Shown one piece after another: positions 19,854 through 30,036 of a DNA stretch of 64,000 bases. This DNA is from Candidatus Tayloriibacteriota bacterium (GTDB lineage Bacteria > Patescibacteriota > Minisyncoccia > Phycocordibacterales > UBA6065). The first letter of the stretch is position 1. Every line of letters starts with the position of its first letter. Made by a program: the position numbers and the translations under genes. Under the pieces are notes generated by a model that worked only from the letters and a program-made list of their open reading frames with translations, ran no database searches and was not told the origin of the DNA. The stretch lies in contig JACRJQ010000007.1 in the NCBI GenBank assembly GCA_016215405.1, positions 143 through 64,142 of the forward strand, read 5' to 3'.

Positions 19854-22800
19854 CTAGACCTTGCCTTCGAGGCGCGCGATCTTCCTATAGAGAGAGACGA
19901 GGAGGCCGAGGCACAAAGCGATGATGACGAGGAGGTTTATCGCATCGAGAGAGAGGAGCCATGAAAGGCCCAGACCGGTCTTGTCCGTGAACCATGAAGG
20001 GCTCAGGATAAAGGACACCGTATTAAGGACATTAAGGACAGTCCCCACCGCAAGGACAGACGCCCCCCTGATCAAGTATAGGTAGAGTTCCTTGGAATCT
20101 ATGTCCTTTTTAAACGCTCCGGCCATTATATAGCCCCCTCCTATGAATATGAGGATCAGTATCAGGAATTGATACCATGGTATGTCCTTTAGAGCATCCC
20201 GTAACCGTTGCGATAAAGAGCCAAATACGCCCGCTATATTCGAAAGATCTGGCGGGGTCGTCGTAGCTTGGCCTATCACACCCTCGAAATCCTCAGGATT
20301 CGTGGTCGTTGGATAAAGGACAGAGTTATCAAGTATGTCCTTTATATCCGCATCTCCCCTGTAATCAGGGTTATTGCTGCAGAACACCCTGTTTATATAA
20401 CGGGTTGTGGTCAGGTAGACGATGCCAGTAGGCTCGGTTACCCCCCAAGGAGCGAGTATCTCCCCTGCATATTTTGCCTGGAGCGCTTTTACGGCGCTCT
20501 CTGTGGCCGTGTCGAACACGCCGTCTACGGGCAGGTTCGCGCCTTCGTACGTATTGAGGAAATACTTAAGCTTCCTGACTTCGTTAGGATTATTGTCCCT
20601 TCCTATACGGAGGAAGGTCTGTATGAAATTGTCTCGAGGGCAGACCTGCTCCGGTCCAGTAGGGCCCGCGCTTGCAGTCGATCCGCCTTGATTGGTCGCT
20701 CCGTCGAGGATTATCCAGATATCGTTAGGGATAGTGGTAGTAGCGGCGCCTCCCGTCGTAGTCGATGGGCAATTGAAGCCGAAGCATGGCCCACCTCCTC
20801 CTCCGCCTCCACCCCCGCCGCTCCCGCCGCCGGTGTTTCCGGTCTGCGGAGCGACCTCGTTATCTGTATTGGTCAGAGATACCGTCTGGCCCGAAACGCC
20901 GTTCCAATTGATATCAGATGAAGTCGATGTGCCGATGACGACGGAATAGGCGACGTTGCCGTCGGCGATGGCGTCGTCGACTCCAGTGACGACGACGGTT
21001 TGGGGGACGTTCCAGTTAGACGGCGAGAAAACCAAGCTCGTTGTAAGCCCGATGGTGCCCTCCGTGGTATCCGAGCTCGCGACCGGGAACGTCACGTGAG
21101 CTATCGGAGCGGCGTTAAGGACCACCGTAAAGGCGGCCGTAGCGCCGGCCTCGCTCGTGGTAAGGCCAGAGGTCGGGGTCACGGTAAAGGTCCCCGTAGG
21201 GGTCGATGTGCCAGTACCGCCTCCTGTGGAGGTTAAAGTAACCGTCCTGTCTTCCGTATCGATAAGCCCGTTCTGATCTTCCACCTCGAAGCGCAGCGTA
21301 TAGGTTCCGGCGCCGCCAAAGAAAGAAAGAGGGTTCTGAGCGGTAGAGACCGCGGCATCGCTGAAGGATACGGCATCGGAGCTCGTCGCGGCGATCCATG
21401 CCCCTCCCTGTGAGCCTACGACGTAGGCGCGGTAGCGGACGATCGGCGCGGTGCCTCTCATGGCGCTTCCGGACATAGATATAGTCCCTCCCTGAGCGAG
21501 AGAGATCGGCGCGACGTTAAACGCGGTTATGACCGGAGGATTATTCTGCGTCCCGCCGCCTGGGGGAAGCACTGTGAACGGGCGGTCAGAAGCGACGGTG
21601 AGACCATTCACGTCCTCGACTTCGAATCGGAGGGTATAAGAGCCTGCGCCGTTGTAGAAGCTATTGGCGTTCTGAGCGGTGGATATAGAAGGGTTATTGA
21701 AAGAGACGCTGTTCGGGTCTGTAGCAGCGGTCCAGACTCCGCCCTGCGATCCGACCACGAAAGCCCTGTAGCGTGCGATATCAGCGCTTCCTTTTACAGC
21801 GCTACCGGACCAGGAAAAGGTCTGGCCGATGGTAGTCGACGTCGCAGATACGGTGTGCGCCGTTATAGTAGGGCCGCTCACCACCGGCGCGGTTATGACG
21901 AACGTTCTGTCTTCGCGAGCGACGAGACCGTTCGCATCCTCCACCTCGAACCTGAGGGTATAAGAGCCGACGCCGTTATAGAAGCTATTGGCGTTCTGAG
22001 CGGTGGATATAGAAGGGTTATTGAAAGAGATCGAATTAGGATTCTCTGCAGTGGTCCAAACGCCGCCTTGAGACCCTACGACGTAGGCGCGGTATCGAGC
22101 GATATTCGCGCTCCCCTTTACGGCCGTGCCCGACCAGGAAAAGGTCTGGCCTTGGGCGATCGAGGTGGTCGATACCGTAAAAGAAGTGATCGTAGCGGGC
22201 GCATTCGTACCGACAGGAGCGACCGTCACCGTGACCCACTGCGCAGGAGCGACGTAGACGTAGCTTTGACCGCCGTTATTCGAAGCATATGCGCGCACAT
22301 AGTACGCGCCGGCATTCGGGAACGGGACGTTCACAGACAGGTCGTCCGTACCGCTATTCGACGGAGGGTTATTCGCGCCGACGTTCACCCAATTGCCAAA
22401 GCTCGTATCGGCTGGACAATTTCCGGCGGTAGAGCAGACCTCGAGACCATGATGCGTGAGACCCTGGCCTGTCGCCCTAGAAGAGATGGGTATCGAACCG
22501 CCCGCGGTGACTGAGACGGAGGCCGCAGATACATTAACCGAAGGCGCCGGCGTAACGACGACCGGAGGTGCGCAATTTACGACATGCTGCGTAGCCGTGC
22601 TTCCGCTATTGCCGAGCAGACCGTTGTTTGAATGCGGGTCCGCAGGATTGGAATTCATCCCGTAAACGTAGATCGTATGGGATACGCCGTCTTTGAGGGA
22701 ATCAGGCGTCGCTATGCTGAAACCGTGGTTTCCCGAGACACCCTCGGATTGATTGACGTCCGGACGCTCTATGTTCGCTTGAGCGTCGGTGACGAAAACG

Positions 22801-23486
22801 CCCTGCCCTGCAGGCCCATCTTTGTAGATATGGACGCCGATCGACTGATCAGGAGTGTCTTTATCGATCGACCATCCGTTTATGACGCTGCAGCTCGCGC
22901 TGTCCAAGAAACCTATCGGAGTCTGGTCTATCGCGGTACAGACGCCTCCGGAAGCCGAATACCCCTCAGGCACCGTCTCTTGGTTTCCATCTATGTTCGA
23001 ACAGACGTCGACAGGCGTAGGGGTCTTGTGACAGGTTATCTTGGTCCAATATTCGTCGTTTCCTCCCCAAGCGCCATAAGTCGTCCACTGACCATTCACA
23101 TAGTCACGCTGGTAGTTATCATGCGGAGAATCCCACTCGGCCTTGCTCCACGCGATAGGGCTACATACGACATCCTCGTAGCCCTGCTCACGGCAGATCT
23201 GGCCCGAAGTCTCGCAGATGGAGCGAACCCCTATGCCGTAGCCTGGGTCGAGCACGCTCCCCGGAGTCTTGTAGAAAACGCCACATTCCCTGCCCGCAGG
23301 GCATCCGGGGATCGATTGCGGGCCTGATGGGATCCCGCCGTCATATTCAGAATCCAATCCGTTCGGCTCCATCGCATAGGCCATATCTGAAGCCATCGGA
23401 AAGAAAGGTCCGAAGACGATAACAAAAAGAAGCGCCATGGATAGCGCTTTCCTGAGAGCATCTCGGTTGAGCCTAAGTGCGGTCAT
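19854..23486 (-). CDS. Large cell-surface protein with Ig-like repeats, Calx-beta-like and peptidoglycan-binding domains, and C-terminal TMs
   Basis: Signal peptide; three ~105-aa repeats; TTSEAG...FTVVL...NWNVPQTV.V.GVDD; N...EV.KL..FLN...DG.F...T..AV..LQ; 3 C-terminal TMs. Confidence 0.85.
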   Translation of the reverse strand: MTALRLNRDALRKALSMALLFVIVFGPFFPMASDMAYAMEPNGLDSEYDGGIPSGPQSIPGCPAGRECGVFYKTPGSVLDPGYGIGVRSICETSGQICREQGYEDVVCSPIAWSKAEWDSPHDNYQRDYVNGQWTTYGAWGGNDEYWTKITCHKTPTPVDVCSNIDGNQETVPEGYSASGGVCTAIDQTPIGFLDSASCSVINGWSIDKDTPDQSIGVHIYKDGPAGQGVFVTDAQANIERPDVNQSEGVSGNHGFSIATPDSLKDGVSHTIYVYGMNSNPADPHSNNGLLGNSGSTATQHVVNCAPPVVVTPAPSVNVSAASVSVTAGGSIPISSRATGQGLTHHGLEVCSTAGNCPADTSFGNWVNVGANNPPSNSGTDDLSVNVPFPNAGAYYVRAYASNNGGQSYVYVAPAQWVTVTVAPVGTNAPATITSFTVSTTSIAQGQTFSWSGTAVKGSANIARYRAYVVGSQGGVWTTAENPNSISFNNPSISTAQNANSFYNGVGSYTLRFEVEDANGLVAREDRTFVITAPVVSGPTITAHTVSATSTTIGQTFSWSGSAVKGSADIARYRAFVVGSQGGVWTAATDPNSVSFNNPSISTAQNANSFYNGAGSYTLRFEVEDVNGLTVASDRPFTVLPPGGGTQNNPPVITAFNVAPISLAQGGTISMSGSAMRGTAPIVRYRAYVVGSQGGAWIAATSSDAVSFSDAAVSTAQNPLSFFGGAGTYTLRFEVEDQNGLIDTEDRTVTLTSTGGGTGTSTPTGTFTVTPTSGLTTSEAGATAAFTVVLNAAPIAHVTFPVASSDTTEGTIGLTTSLVFSPSNWNVPQTVVVTGVDDAIADGNVAYSVVIGTSTSSDINWNGVSGQTVSLTNTDNEVAPQTGNTGGGSGGGGGGGGGGPCFGFNCPSTTTGGAATTTIPNDIWIILDGATNQGGSTASAGPTGPEQVCPRDNFIQTFLRIGRDNNPNEVRKLKYFLNTYEGANLPVDGVFDTATESAVKALQAKYAGEILAPWGVTEPTGIVYLTTTRYINRVFCSNNPDYRGDADIKDILDNSVLYPTTTNPEDFEGVIGQATTTPPDLSNIAGVFGSLSQRLRDALKDIPWYQFLILILIFIGGGYIMAGAFKKDIDSKELYLYLIRGASVLAVGTVLNVLNTVSFILSPSWFTDKTGLGLSWLLSLDAINLLVIIALCLGLLVSLYRKIARLEGKV

Positions 23487-23879
23487 TTCAATAGGTTATG
23501 TATGTACCTTAGGTGAATACGCCCCGAAGTCAATGAAAAGTTCTCTAAAAGACGCATTGATATAGCCCTATTTTCGCTATAAAGGACATCTAAAGGACAT
23601 GACTGTCCTATTTGACTACTCATGTCCTAAATGGCATACATATAAAATATAAGGAACTGACTTTTAAAAGGACAGAAGGATCTGTGCATCCTTCTGATTA
23701 TCTCGGAGCAAGTAATAGGGGCTCCAAAATATACAACATTAAATGTGCTATATGTCAATAGATACCCCGCCCTCGCGTCCTTTATGCGCGAAAAGCTTTT
23801 CCCCATTGACCAAAAACAGGCCTGCCTACAGAATACAGGTCTTCGACAGTTCTTCACCCAAACCCCATACGCCGACATC

Positions 23880-24122
23880 ATGATCCGTAAAGAAAGCCTC
23901 CCTGCCTACGTCCAACTCACCGAGAACCACACGAGCGTCAAAGGAAAGGTCACCGGCATCCGCTACCACGAGCTCGACTGCTTCGTGGTCACCGGATTCG
24001 TAGTGATCGACGAGACGGATTTCGTATCCGTCGTCGACTCCGCCGGAAACGAGACTTGCCTGCCGGCGGTCATCGTCGAGAAAGCGGAGGTATGTCCCTG
24101 GAGACTCGCACTCGCCGTCTGA
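23880..24122 (+). CDS. Hypothetical protein
   Basis: 80-aa ORF from ATG 23880; TTGACC-17-CAGAAT upstream, A/C-rich leader, downstream hairpin. Confidence 0.6.
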   Translation: MIRKESLPAYVQLTENHTSVKGKVTGIRYHELDCFVVTGFVVIDETDFVSVVDSAGNETCLPAVIVEKAEVCPWRLALAV

Positions 24123-24183
24123 GAAGACGAAAACCGCCCAAGGCGCGCACGCGCGCCTTGGGCTTTTGTTTTCCAGAAGGCTC

Positions 24184-25560
24184 CTACTCCCTTGGATCGA
24201 ATATGGATCTATCGGGCTTCTTCCCGGCGAGGATATCCGATATCCTCTTCGCGCCGTAGATCGACGGCAATATGCCCACGCCGTTGCAGCCGAGGTTATA
24301 GACGAGAGACCTGTTCTTCGGCTCCTCACCCACCACCCGAACGCCTGAGGGCGTATATCCCATAAGGCCGTGCCACGTGAACTGATAGTCGATCTCTTTG
24401 TTCGGAGCCGTATCGTAGGTCGACCTCACGAACGCGTTGATCTTGTCCTTTTCCGCGTCGGGATATTCCAGATCGCCGTCATACGCGTCCCTGTCGCTAA
24501 GCGAGAGCTCTGGACCGCCGACGCTTATAAGATTCATGTGGTCGTTGCCCATGAAATCGAACGGCCTGCGGGTGAGATAGAAATACGGATCCTCAGCGAA
24601 AGGGTCGCCTGCGTTGAAATTCCCTGGCGGAAAATAGCTTATAGCCGCAGGAGGCTTGTTCATCGGCTCGAGGTAGGCCGACATGTAGCCTACCATTCCC
24701 CGTACGTAGTGATGGAATTTCGCGTCTACGGCGAGCCCTCCTTCGTTTATGATCGTGAACCCTTCGAATCCGTTGGTGCAAAGCACGACCTTCTTTGCGG
24801 AGATGGTGGCCTTGCCCGCATCGAGGATCGCCCCGCCCTTATGAAGGGCTATCTTGGATATAGGGGTATGCTCGTAGAGCGAGAACCGGTCCGGATACGC
24901 CTTGCGCAGGTATTGGAATATCTCTTGGCAGAAGAGAGCCGAGTTCAGGCATCCTTTCTGAAAAGAGAGCGACGCCACATAGGCCCTGTTATCGGTCTGC
25001 AAGAGATCGAGGACCTCGCTTTGAGGGACCAGCGTATAGAAGCCTTCGTATTCTTTAGGGATGCTTCCGGCGAACGGAGCCGAATCCGCTATACGAAACT
25101 CCTCGATCCGAAGCCCTGCCTTTTTGCGATAGACGTTGTCCTTTAGATGACGAACTATCTGGTCGTATGTCGTGAATCCTGCCTGCCCCATGAATCTGGC
25201 CAGCGGGATCGTGAGCCCTGCTTCGGTGAACATGAGGTCGATGAGCTGCCAGGCGCTCTCCACGTCCCTCTGCGCAGCTCCCGCGAGCTCGATACCGAAT
25301 TCTTCGCAAAGCTCTGAAAAAGGCCTTTCGAAATAGCTCGCTATCTGGCCCGCATTGTGCCCCGTCGCGCCATGTGCAAGCTTTCCCTTCTCCGCCACGA
25401 TGACGGCCTTGTCGGTATTCCTCAGGATAAAAAAGGCTGTCGATATGCCGGCGATGCCTGCACCGACGACGACGACGTCGGACGACGCGTCCTCCTTCAA
25501 AGCGACATGCTCGCGATCATGGTTAAGCTGGTGGATCCAAGGCGATCGGTTCTTCTTCAT
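24184..25560 (-). CDS. FAD-dependent oxidoreductase (DAO family)
   Basis: DVVVVGAGIAG, GATGHNAG, VVLCTNGF, W.GLMGYT, GCNGVG. Confidence 0.9.
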   Translation of the reverse strand: MKKNRSPWIHQLNHDREHVALKEDASSDVVVVGAGIAGISTAFFILRNTDKAVIVAEKGKLAHGATGHNAGQIASYFERPFSELCEEFGIELAGAAQRDVESAWQLIDLMFTEAGLTIPLARFMGQAGFTTYDQIVRHLKDNVYRKKAGLRIEEFRIADSAPFAGSIPKEYEGFYTLVPQSEVLDLLQTDNRAYVASLSFQKGCLNSALFCQEIFQYLRKAYPDRFSLYEHTPISKIALHKGGAILDAGKATISAKKVVLCTNGFEGFTIINEGGLAVDAKFHHYVRGMVGYMSAYLEPMNKPPAAISYFPPGNFNAGDPFAEDPYFYLTRRPFDFMGNDHMNLISVGGPELSLSDRDAYDGDLEYPDAEKDKINAFVRSTYDTAPNKEIDYQFTWHGLMGYTPSGVRVVGEEPKNRSLVYNLGCNGVGILPSIYGAKRISDILAGKKPDRSIFDPRE

Positions 25561-25610
25561 TTTCCCAGTATACCAAAAGGCCCCCGAAGGGGCCTACAGC
25601 CATCGAGCGG

Positions 25611-26201
25611 CTATTCTATGGAGACCGTCTCCATCACCTCGTTGAAATCCTTAAGTATCCGATCGGAGGGGTCGAGACGCGTGACGGAGAACATATATAT
25701 GTAGCGAGGAGAGGCGACGACGAACGACCTGCCTTCGTAGAGGCCCGACCACGAATACTCGAGGCCCTCGAGGCTGCCCCGAGTGGTCGTCGCTACGACC
25801 CCATCGCCGAGCTTATAATTCGAATTGTTCGAGCCCGTGATAAAGCCTCTCGCCGTATCTTGGTCGAGGTCGTTCTGGAATACGTCTATCGTTATCGAGG
25901 TCGGCCCTTCGGTCGGAGGCACCTCGCCGGAGCGCAGCCTCCTGTTCCATTCCGTATCCTCGGTAAGGACTATCTGATAATGGAGCCTCTCTGCCGCGGA
26001 TACCTCCCTCTCTTCGAGATAATATCCCTTAGGATACTCGAAGGAGAGGCCGAAGCGGCCGGAAGAGTAGCTTTCTGCCTCGCCTCCCGTCTGCCCCACC
26101 GAGGAAGGCTCCGCCGATAAGGGGCCGTCCCCTCTAGTAAGCGCGTATGATGCCCATCCGAGCGCCAGAAGCGCGACGATCGCTATGATTATTCTTTTCA
26201 T
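25611..26201 (-). CDS. Exported hypothetical protein
   Basis: Signal/TM followed by YSS..FG.SFEYP (PsbP-like start). Confidence 0.7.
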   Translation of the reverse strand: MKRIIIAIVALLALGWASYALTRGDGPLSAEPSSVGQTGGEAESYSSGRFGLSFEYPKGYYLEEREVSAAERLHYQIVLTEDTEWNRRLRSGEVPPTEGPTSITIDVFQNDLDQDTARGFITGSNNSNYKLGDGVVATTTRGSLEGLEYSWSGLYEGRSFVVASPRYIYMFSVTRLDPSDRILKDFNEVMETVSIE

Positions 26202-26206
26202 ATCGT

Positions 26207-26839
26207 TTAATATCGTATCACAAGACTTCTCGCTACATCCTCCGCCGCGCGCGACAAGATGCTCCGGTCGAATTCGCGGATAGACCCTTTCGGATAATTC
26301 GCTACGTTAGTGAGGTGCGCGAGCTTCCTCACCGCGACGCACCTCTCGCCCGCATCCCTCACGTAGACGGCGTCTTCGTAGACATTGCCCGCGCCGGCGG
26401 TCGCCGATTCGGCGTAAAGGTAGGCGACGCCTCCGAGGACTATCCTTCGGCCCGGATCGTCGGTAAGAATGAAACGGGAGGGCGTGCAGTCGTTCCCTGG
26501 AAGCGATTCGACCGAAACGAACGAATCAGGGGAAAGGTTCGTCCCGGAATAGAGCGTCCGAGGCACGATGAACGCCACTCCAGGTATTCGGACGTCCGGC
26601 CCGAAGCTCTGGTTCACGTAGGATTCTTCGACCCTAAAGCCTACGGGAGGCGCCGCGGAAAAGCCGTGCTCTCTGCTCGAATATCGCAAAGGGTCCTCCC
26701 CTCCTTCTATGCCCGCGATCGCCCCCGCGAGGTTATCGAGCTCGTCGTACTTTTCAGGATGAGGTATGAAGATGAGCCACGTGAGAGTCACCGCTACGAG
26801 CACTACGACGACAGCCGTCACGAAATATCTGGTTTCCAT
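26207..26839 (-). CDS. Exported hypothetical protein
   Basis: N-terminal TM; GTNLS.DS and AGAGN.YE motifs. Confidence 0.7.
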   Translation of the reverse strand: METRYFVTAVVVVLVAVTLTWLIFIPHPEKYDELDNLAGAIAGIEGGEDPLRYSSREHGFSAAPPVGFRVEESYVNQSFGPDVRIPGVAFIVPRTLYSGTNLSPDSFVSVESLPGNDCTPSRFILTDDPGRRIVLGGVAYLYAESATAGAGNVYEDAVYVRDAGERCVAVRKLAHLTNVANYPKGSIREFDRSILSRAAEDVARSLVIRY

Positions 26840-26935
26840 ATGGTTTCGCGTTCGCTCATACTACGAACAACGAGAGCCGTTTGTTTAGGCGCAGGCGGGA
26901 TTTCCGAGGGCTCTTATGATAGCCTTTCTCTATCT

Positions 26936-28234
26936 ATGAAAGTCCCCAAGAAAGCGAGGTATGACGTAGCTGTCATCGGAGGCGGGCCGGCCGGCATGAT
27001 GGCGGCCGGGCGGGCCGCCGAGCTCGGCGCGTCGGTCGTCCTCGTCGAGAAGAACGAAGGTCTCGGAAAAAAGCTCCTCATCACCGGCGGAGGACGCTGC
27101 AACGTCACGAACGACAAGCCTGATCCCAGGGAGTTTTTGGAAAAGCTCGGAAAAAAGGGCAAATTCCTCTTTTCTACGTTCGCTCAGCATTCGGTAAAGG
27201 ATTCTCTCGATTTCTTTAACTCGCGCGGCATGGGAACCAAGGTCGAGAACGAGGGCCGCGTCTTCCCCGTCACCGATTCCGCCCGCACCGTCTACGACCT
27301 CCTCGTCCGCTATATGAAAGAAGGCGGGGTCGAGGTCGTGACAGGCCTCGCTGCGAAAGGCTTTCACGCCCGCGATGGCGTCATCGTCGGGCTCAACACG
27401 GAAAAAGACACCGTGGTCGCGGATTCATACATACTAGCTACGGGCGGCACGTCGGCGCCCGAGACCGGCTCGACCGGCGAGGCCTTCAAATGGCTCGCGA
27501 GGATAGGACATAACGTGACCGAACCGGACGCGGCCCTCGTACCTGTAAAGATCGCGGAAAAATGGGTCCGCGACCTCTCCGGCGTATCGCACCAGCACGT
27601 AAAGCTCGCTCTCGTCATAAACGGAAAGCGAGACACGTCGAGGATAGGCAGGATGGTGTTCGCCCATTTCGGACTGAGCGGCCCCTTGGTCCTTAACTTC
27701 TCCAAAGAGATCCGTGAGGCTATGCAATACGCGCAGACAGGCGACAAGATAGAGCTCGCCCTCGATATCATGCCGGACCTCGACTCCGCCGCGCTCGACA
27801 AGAGAGTCCAAGAGGCTTTCGCTACCGCCTCGAACAAGAAGCTCAAGAATTCCCTCAAGGGAGTGGTCGTGCCAGCTCTCGTAGCGACCGTGCTCTCCCT
27901 CGCCAAGCTCGACGGAGAGAAAGAGGCGAACGCGGTCACGCGCGAAGAGAGGCTCGCTCTAGTAAAGACCCTCAAAGACATGAGGATGACGCCTACGGGA
28001 TTCCTCGGAAAGGAGAAAGCCATCGTCGCTTCGGGCGGAGTAAAGCTCGAAGAGGTGGACTTCCGCACCATGGCGTCGCGGCTCTTCCCCAACCTCTACC
28101 TCATAGGCGACGTCCTCGACGTAGAGCGCCCTTCTGGAGGCTACAGCCTACAGCTCTGCTGGACGACAGGCTGGGTCGCGGGAAAAAGCGCGGCGAAAAG
28201 GTCTAAAGAGAATCCTTCTTCTCGGCAGGCTTAA
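26936..28234 (+). CDS. HI0933/BaiN family flavoprotein
   Basis: GGGPAGMMAA, GKKLLITGGGRCNVTN, GRVFP, ATGG.S.P.TGSTG, HFGLSGP, GGYSLQ; start at ATG 26936. Confidence 0.96.
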   Translation: MKVPKKARYDVAVIGGGPAGMMAAGRAAELGASVVLVEKNEGLGKKLLITGGGRCNVTNDKPDPREFLEKLGKKGKFLFSTFAQHSVKDSLDFFNSRGMGTKVENEGRVFPVTDSARTVYDLLVRYMKEGGVEVVTGLAAKGFHARDGVIVGLNTEKDTVVADSYILATGGTSAPETGSTGEAFKWLARIGHNVTEPDAALVPVKIAEKWVRDLSGVSHQHVKLALVINGKRDTSRIGRMVFAHFGLSGPLVLNFSKEIREAMQYAQTGDKIELALDIMPDLDSAALDKRVQEAFATASNKKLKNSLKGVVVPALVATVLSLAKLDGEKEANAVTREERLALVKTLKDMRMTPTGFLGKEKAIVASGGVKLEEVDFRTMASRLFPNLYLIGDVLDVERPSGGYSLQLCWTTGWVAGKSAAKRSKENPSSRQA

Positions 28235-28673
28235 GATAGAGCTTTAGAGCCTCCTTCGGAAATCCCTCGCTCAGAAAACGGCCGAGCGCCTCTTTCGCCT
28301 CCTGTGGGTGGATAGGAAGGCTCTGCCAAGAATCTATCGGTACCCACAAAGGCTCGTAGAATTCTCCCGATAGAGGGTCCCTCATCTTTTTTGCTTCGTT
28401 GGTATCGTCTCCGAGCCGCGGAGTCCCGCTCACGTATTCGCATACATAGCATATGTGGCTCTTCCCTTCTTCCCAGTAAAGCTCGAGGACGGGACGCAGC
28501 GCGACGACCCGTATCGAAGACTCTTCAAAGACCTCTCTTACGCACGCCTCCGAAGCGCTCTCCCCTGCCTCGATGCGGCCTCCGGGAAGAACGTAGTATT
28601 CCCTCTCGTTTTTCCTGTGGATGAGAAGTATATTTCCATCCTTGACCACGATCCCTGCTGAACGCATTCTCAT
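28203..28673 (-). CDS. NUDIX hydrolase
   Basis: LPGGRIEAGE...AC.REVFEES Nudix box. Confidence 0.9.
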   Translation of the reverse strand: MRMRSAGIVVKDGNILLIHRKNEREYYVLPGGRIEAGESASEACVREVFEESSIRVVALRPVLELYWEEGKSHICYVCEYVSGTPRLGDDTNEAKKMRDPLSGEFYEPLWVPIDSWQSLPIHPQEAKEALGRFLSEGFPKEALKLYLKPAEKKDSL

Positions 28674-28685
28674 AGCTCGACTATA

Positions 28686-29192
28686 TCAGAGTTTCCTCGA
28701 ATCATACGCCCAATGAAGGAGCGCCTGCCTCTGCCTCGCGCGGCAAAAGACGTCGCCCCTCCTGCAATTCTTTACTATCTGGGCGATATGGCGGCTCATC
28801 GCCTTCCATCTCTTTATCTGCCTCATATCCTCGCGAGGGATCCTCCTGCCCATATAATAGCGGCAATACCATTGGAACCACCCCCTCGGATCGTCCTCGT
28901 ATATCCAGCCCTTGCGTATCCATTCTCCTAAAGGCTGCGAAGCGTCGACGCCGAAGAGATTGAGCTTCGGATCCTTCTTTCCGGAAGCGAGCTTCGCCCC
29001 CTCGAACCACTCCTTCGGGAATTCATCCCTGCAATCGCCAAGATATTTCCCGCCGAAGACCCCGAGCGAGAGCATCTCTCGAGGGGTCAGGTCGGGTCGG
29101 AATTCCGGATCGAAATTCTCACCCATAGGCTCTACGAGCTCGTACTCGTAGCCCTTCTGCATGCTGTCATGTACGGATACCGAACGCCTCAT
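28686..29192 (-). CDS. Conserved hypothetical protein
   Basis: F.P.LTP.EML..GVFGGKY, DPRGWFQWYCRYY.GRR, RQIKRW, RQALLHWAYD; start at ATG 29192. Confidence 0.85.
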   Translation of the reverse strand: MRRSVSVHDSMQKGYEYELVEPMGENFDPEFRPDLTPREMLSLGVFGGKYLGDCRDEFPKEWFEGAKLASGKKDPKLNLFGVDASQPLGEWIRKGWIYEDDPRGWFQWYCRYYMGRRIPREDMRQIKRWKAMSRHIAQIVKNCRRGDVFCRARQRQALLHWAYDSRKL

Positions 29193-29194
29193 CT

Positions 29195-29590
29195 TTAAGG
29201 ATTGAGGGAAGAGACGGTAAGCTGCAAGAACGTAGCGAATACGACCCATACGAGATACGGGAGATTCGCGAAAGCGACCCAGCGCGCGGTCTTCCATACC
29301 GAAAATATCGCCCAGACGAGAGTGCCGAGCACCAAGAGTATATCGACCGAGGCCAGAGTCAGATTCTTGAGTCCGAACTGGATAGGAGTGAAGGTGAGGT
29401 TAAAGGCGAGGTTAAGGAGGAACGGCAAGAGCACGGAGAAAGGGGCTCTCTTTTTTATGAAAAGGTACGCCACGTAGCCGAACGAGACGGCGATAAGGAC
29501 GTAGAGGATCGACCAGACCGGACCGAATACCTCGGCGGGCGGAGCCCAGGCGGGCTTTACGAGCTCCGCATATGAAGAATAGTTGTTCAT
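29195..29590 (-). CDS. tspO: TspO/MBR family protein
   Basis: LVKPAWAPP..VFGPVWSILY, LPYLVWV.FA..L. Confidence 0.93.
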   Translation of the reverse strand: MNNYSSYAELVKPAWAPPAEVFGPVWSILYVLIAVSFGYVAYLFIKKRAPFSVLLPFLLNLAFNLTFTPIQFGLKNLTLASVDILLVLGTLVWAIFSVWKTARWVAFANLPYLVWVVFATFLQLTVSSLNP

Positions 29591-29642
29591 GGCTGATTTT
29601 TTATCGGCTGCTTATCCGATTATATCCCCTTTTCGAAACAGG

Positions 29643-30035
29643 CTATCCCCCGAACTCCTCTTCTTCGCGCCGCTCGACGTCCTCTTCGGTAAGGCCGAAA
29701 TGATGGGCGATCTCGTGCCAAAGAGTCTCGAAGACGACCTCCGATGCGGGCTTTCCGGAGACATCCGCCTCGTCGAGGATCGGAAGCCTGTAGAGGACTA
29801 TGGTGTCAGGAAGCTCGAAGCCCGCGCCGACCGTCCTTTCGGTCTGAGGCACGCCGCGATAGAGGCCGAGGAGGTCCATATGCGAATCGAGGCCCATCTC
29901 CTCGACCGTCTCGGTGTCGACGAGGTCCTCCACCGTTATGGCGACGTTCTTCATCTTCGCCTTTATCCACTGCGGGAGCCTCTCGTAGGCGAAGGCGACC
30001 ATCTGCTCGAATTCTTTCCTCTCTTTCTCTTCCAT
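29643..30035 (-). CDS. Zincin-like minimal metallopeptidase
   Basis: LLGLY.GVP.TER, PD.I.LYR, HEIAHHFG. Confidence 0.92.
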   Translation of the reverse strand: MEEKERKEFEQMVAFAYERLPQWIKAKMKNVAITVEDLVDTETVEEMGLDSHMDLLGLYRGVPQTERTVGAGFELPDTIVLYRLPILDEADVSGKPASEVVFETLWHEIAHHFGLTEEDVERREEEEFGG

Positions 30036-30036
30036 C

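Noticed and set aside
26315-26935. 200-aa N-terminal extension on the HI0933 flavoprotein
   Set aside because: It overlaps the opposite-strand gene 26207..26839; family similarity begins just after ATG 26936.
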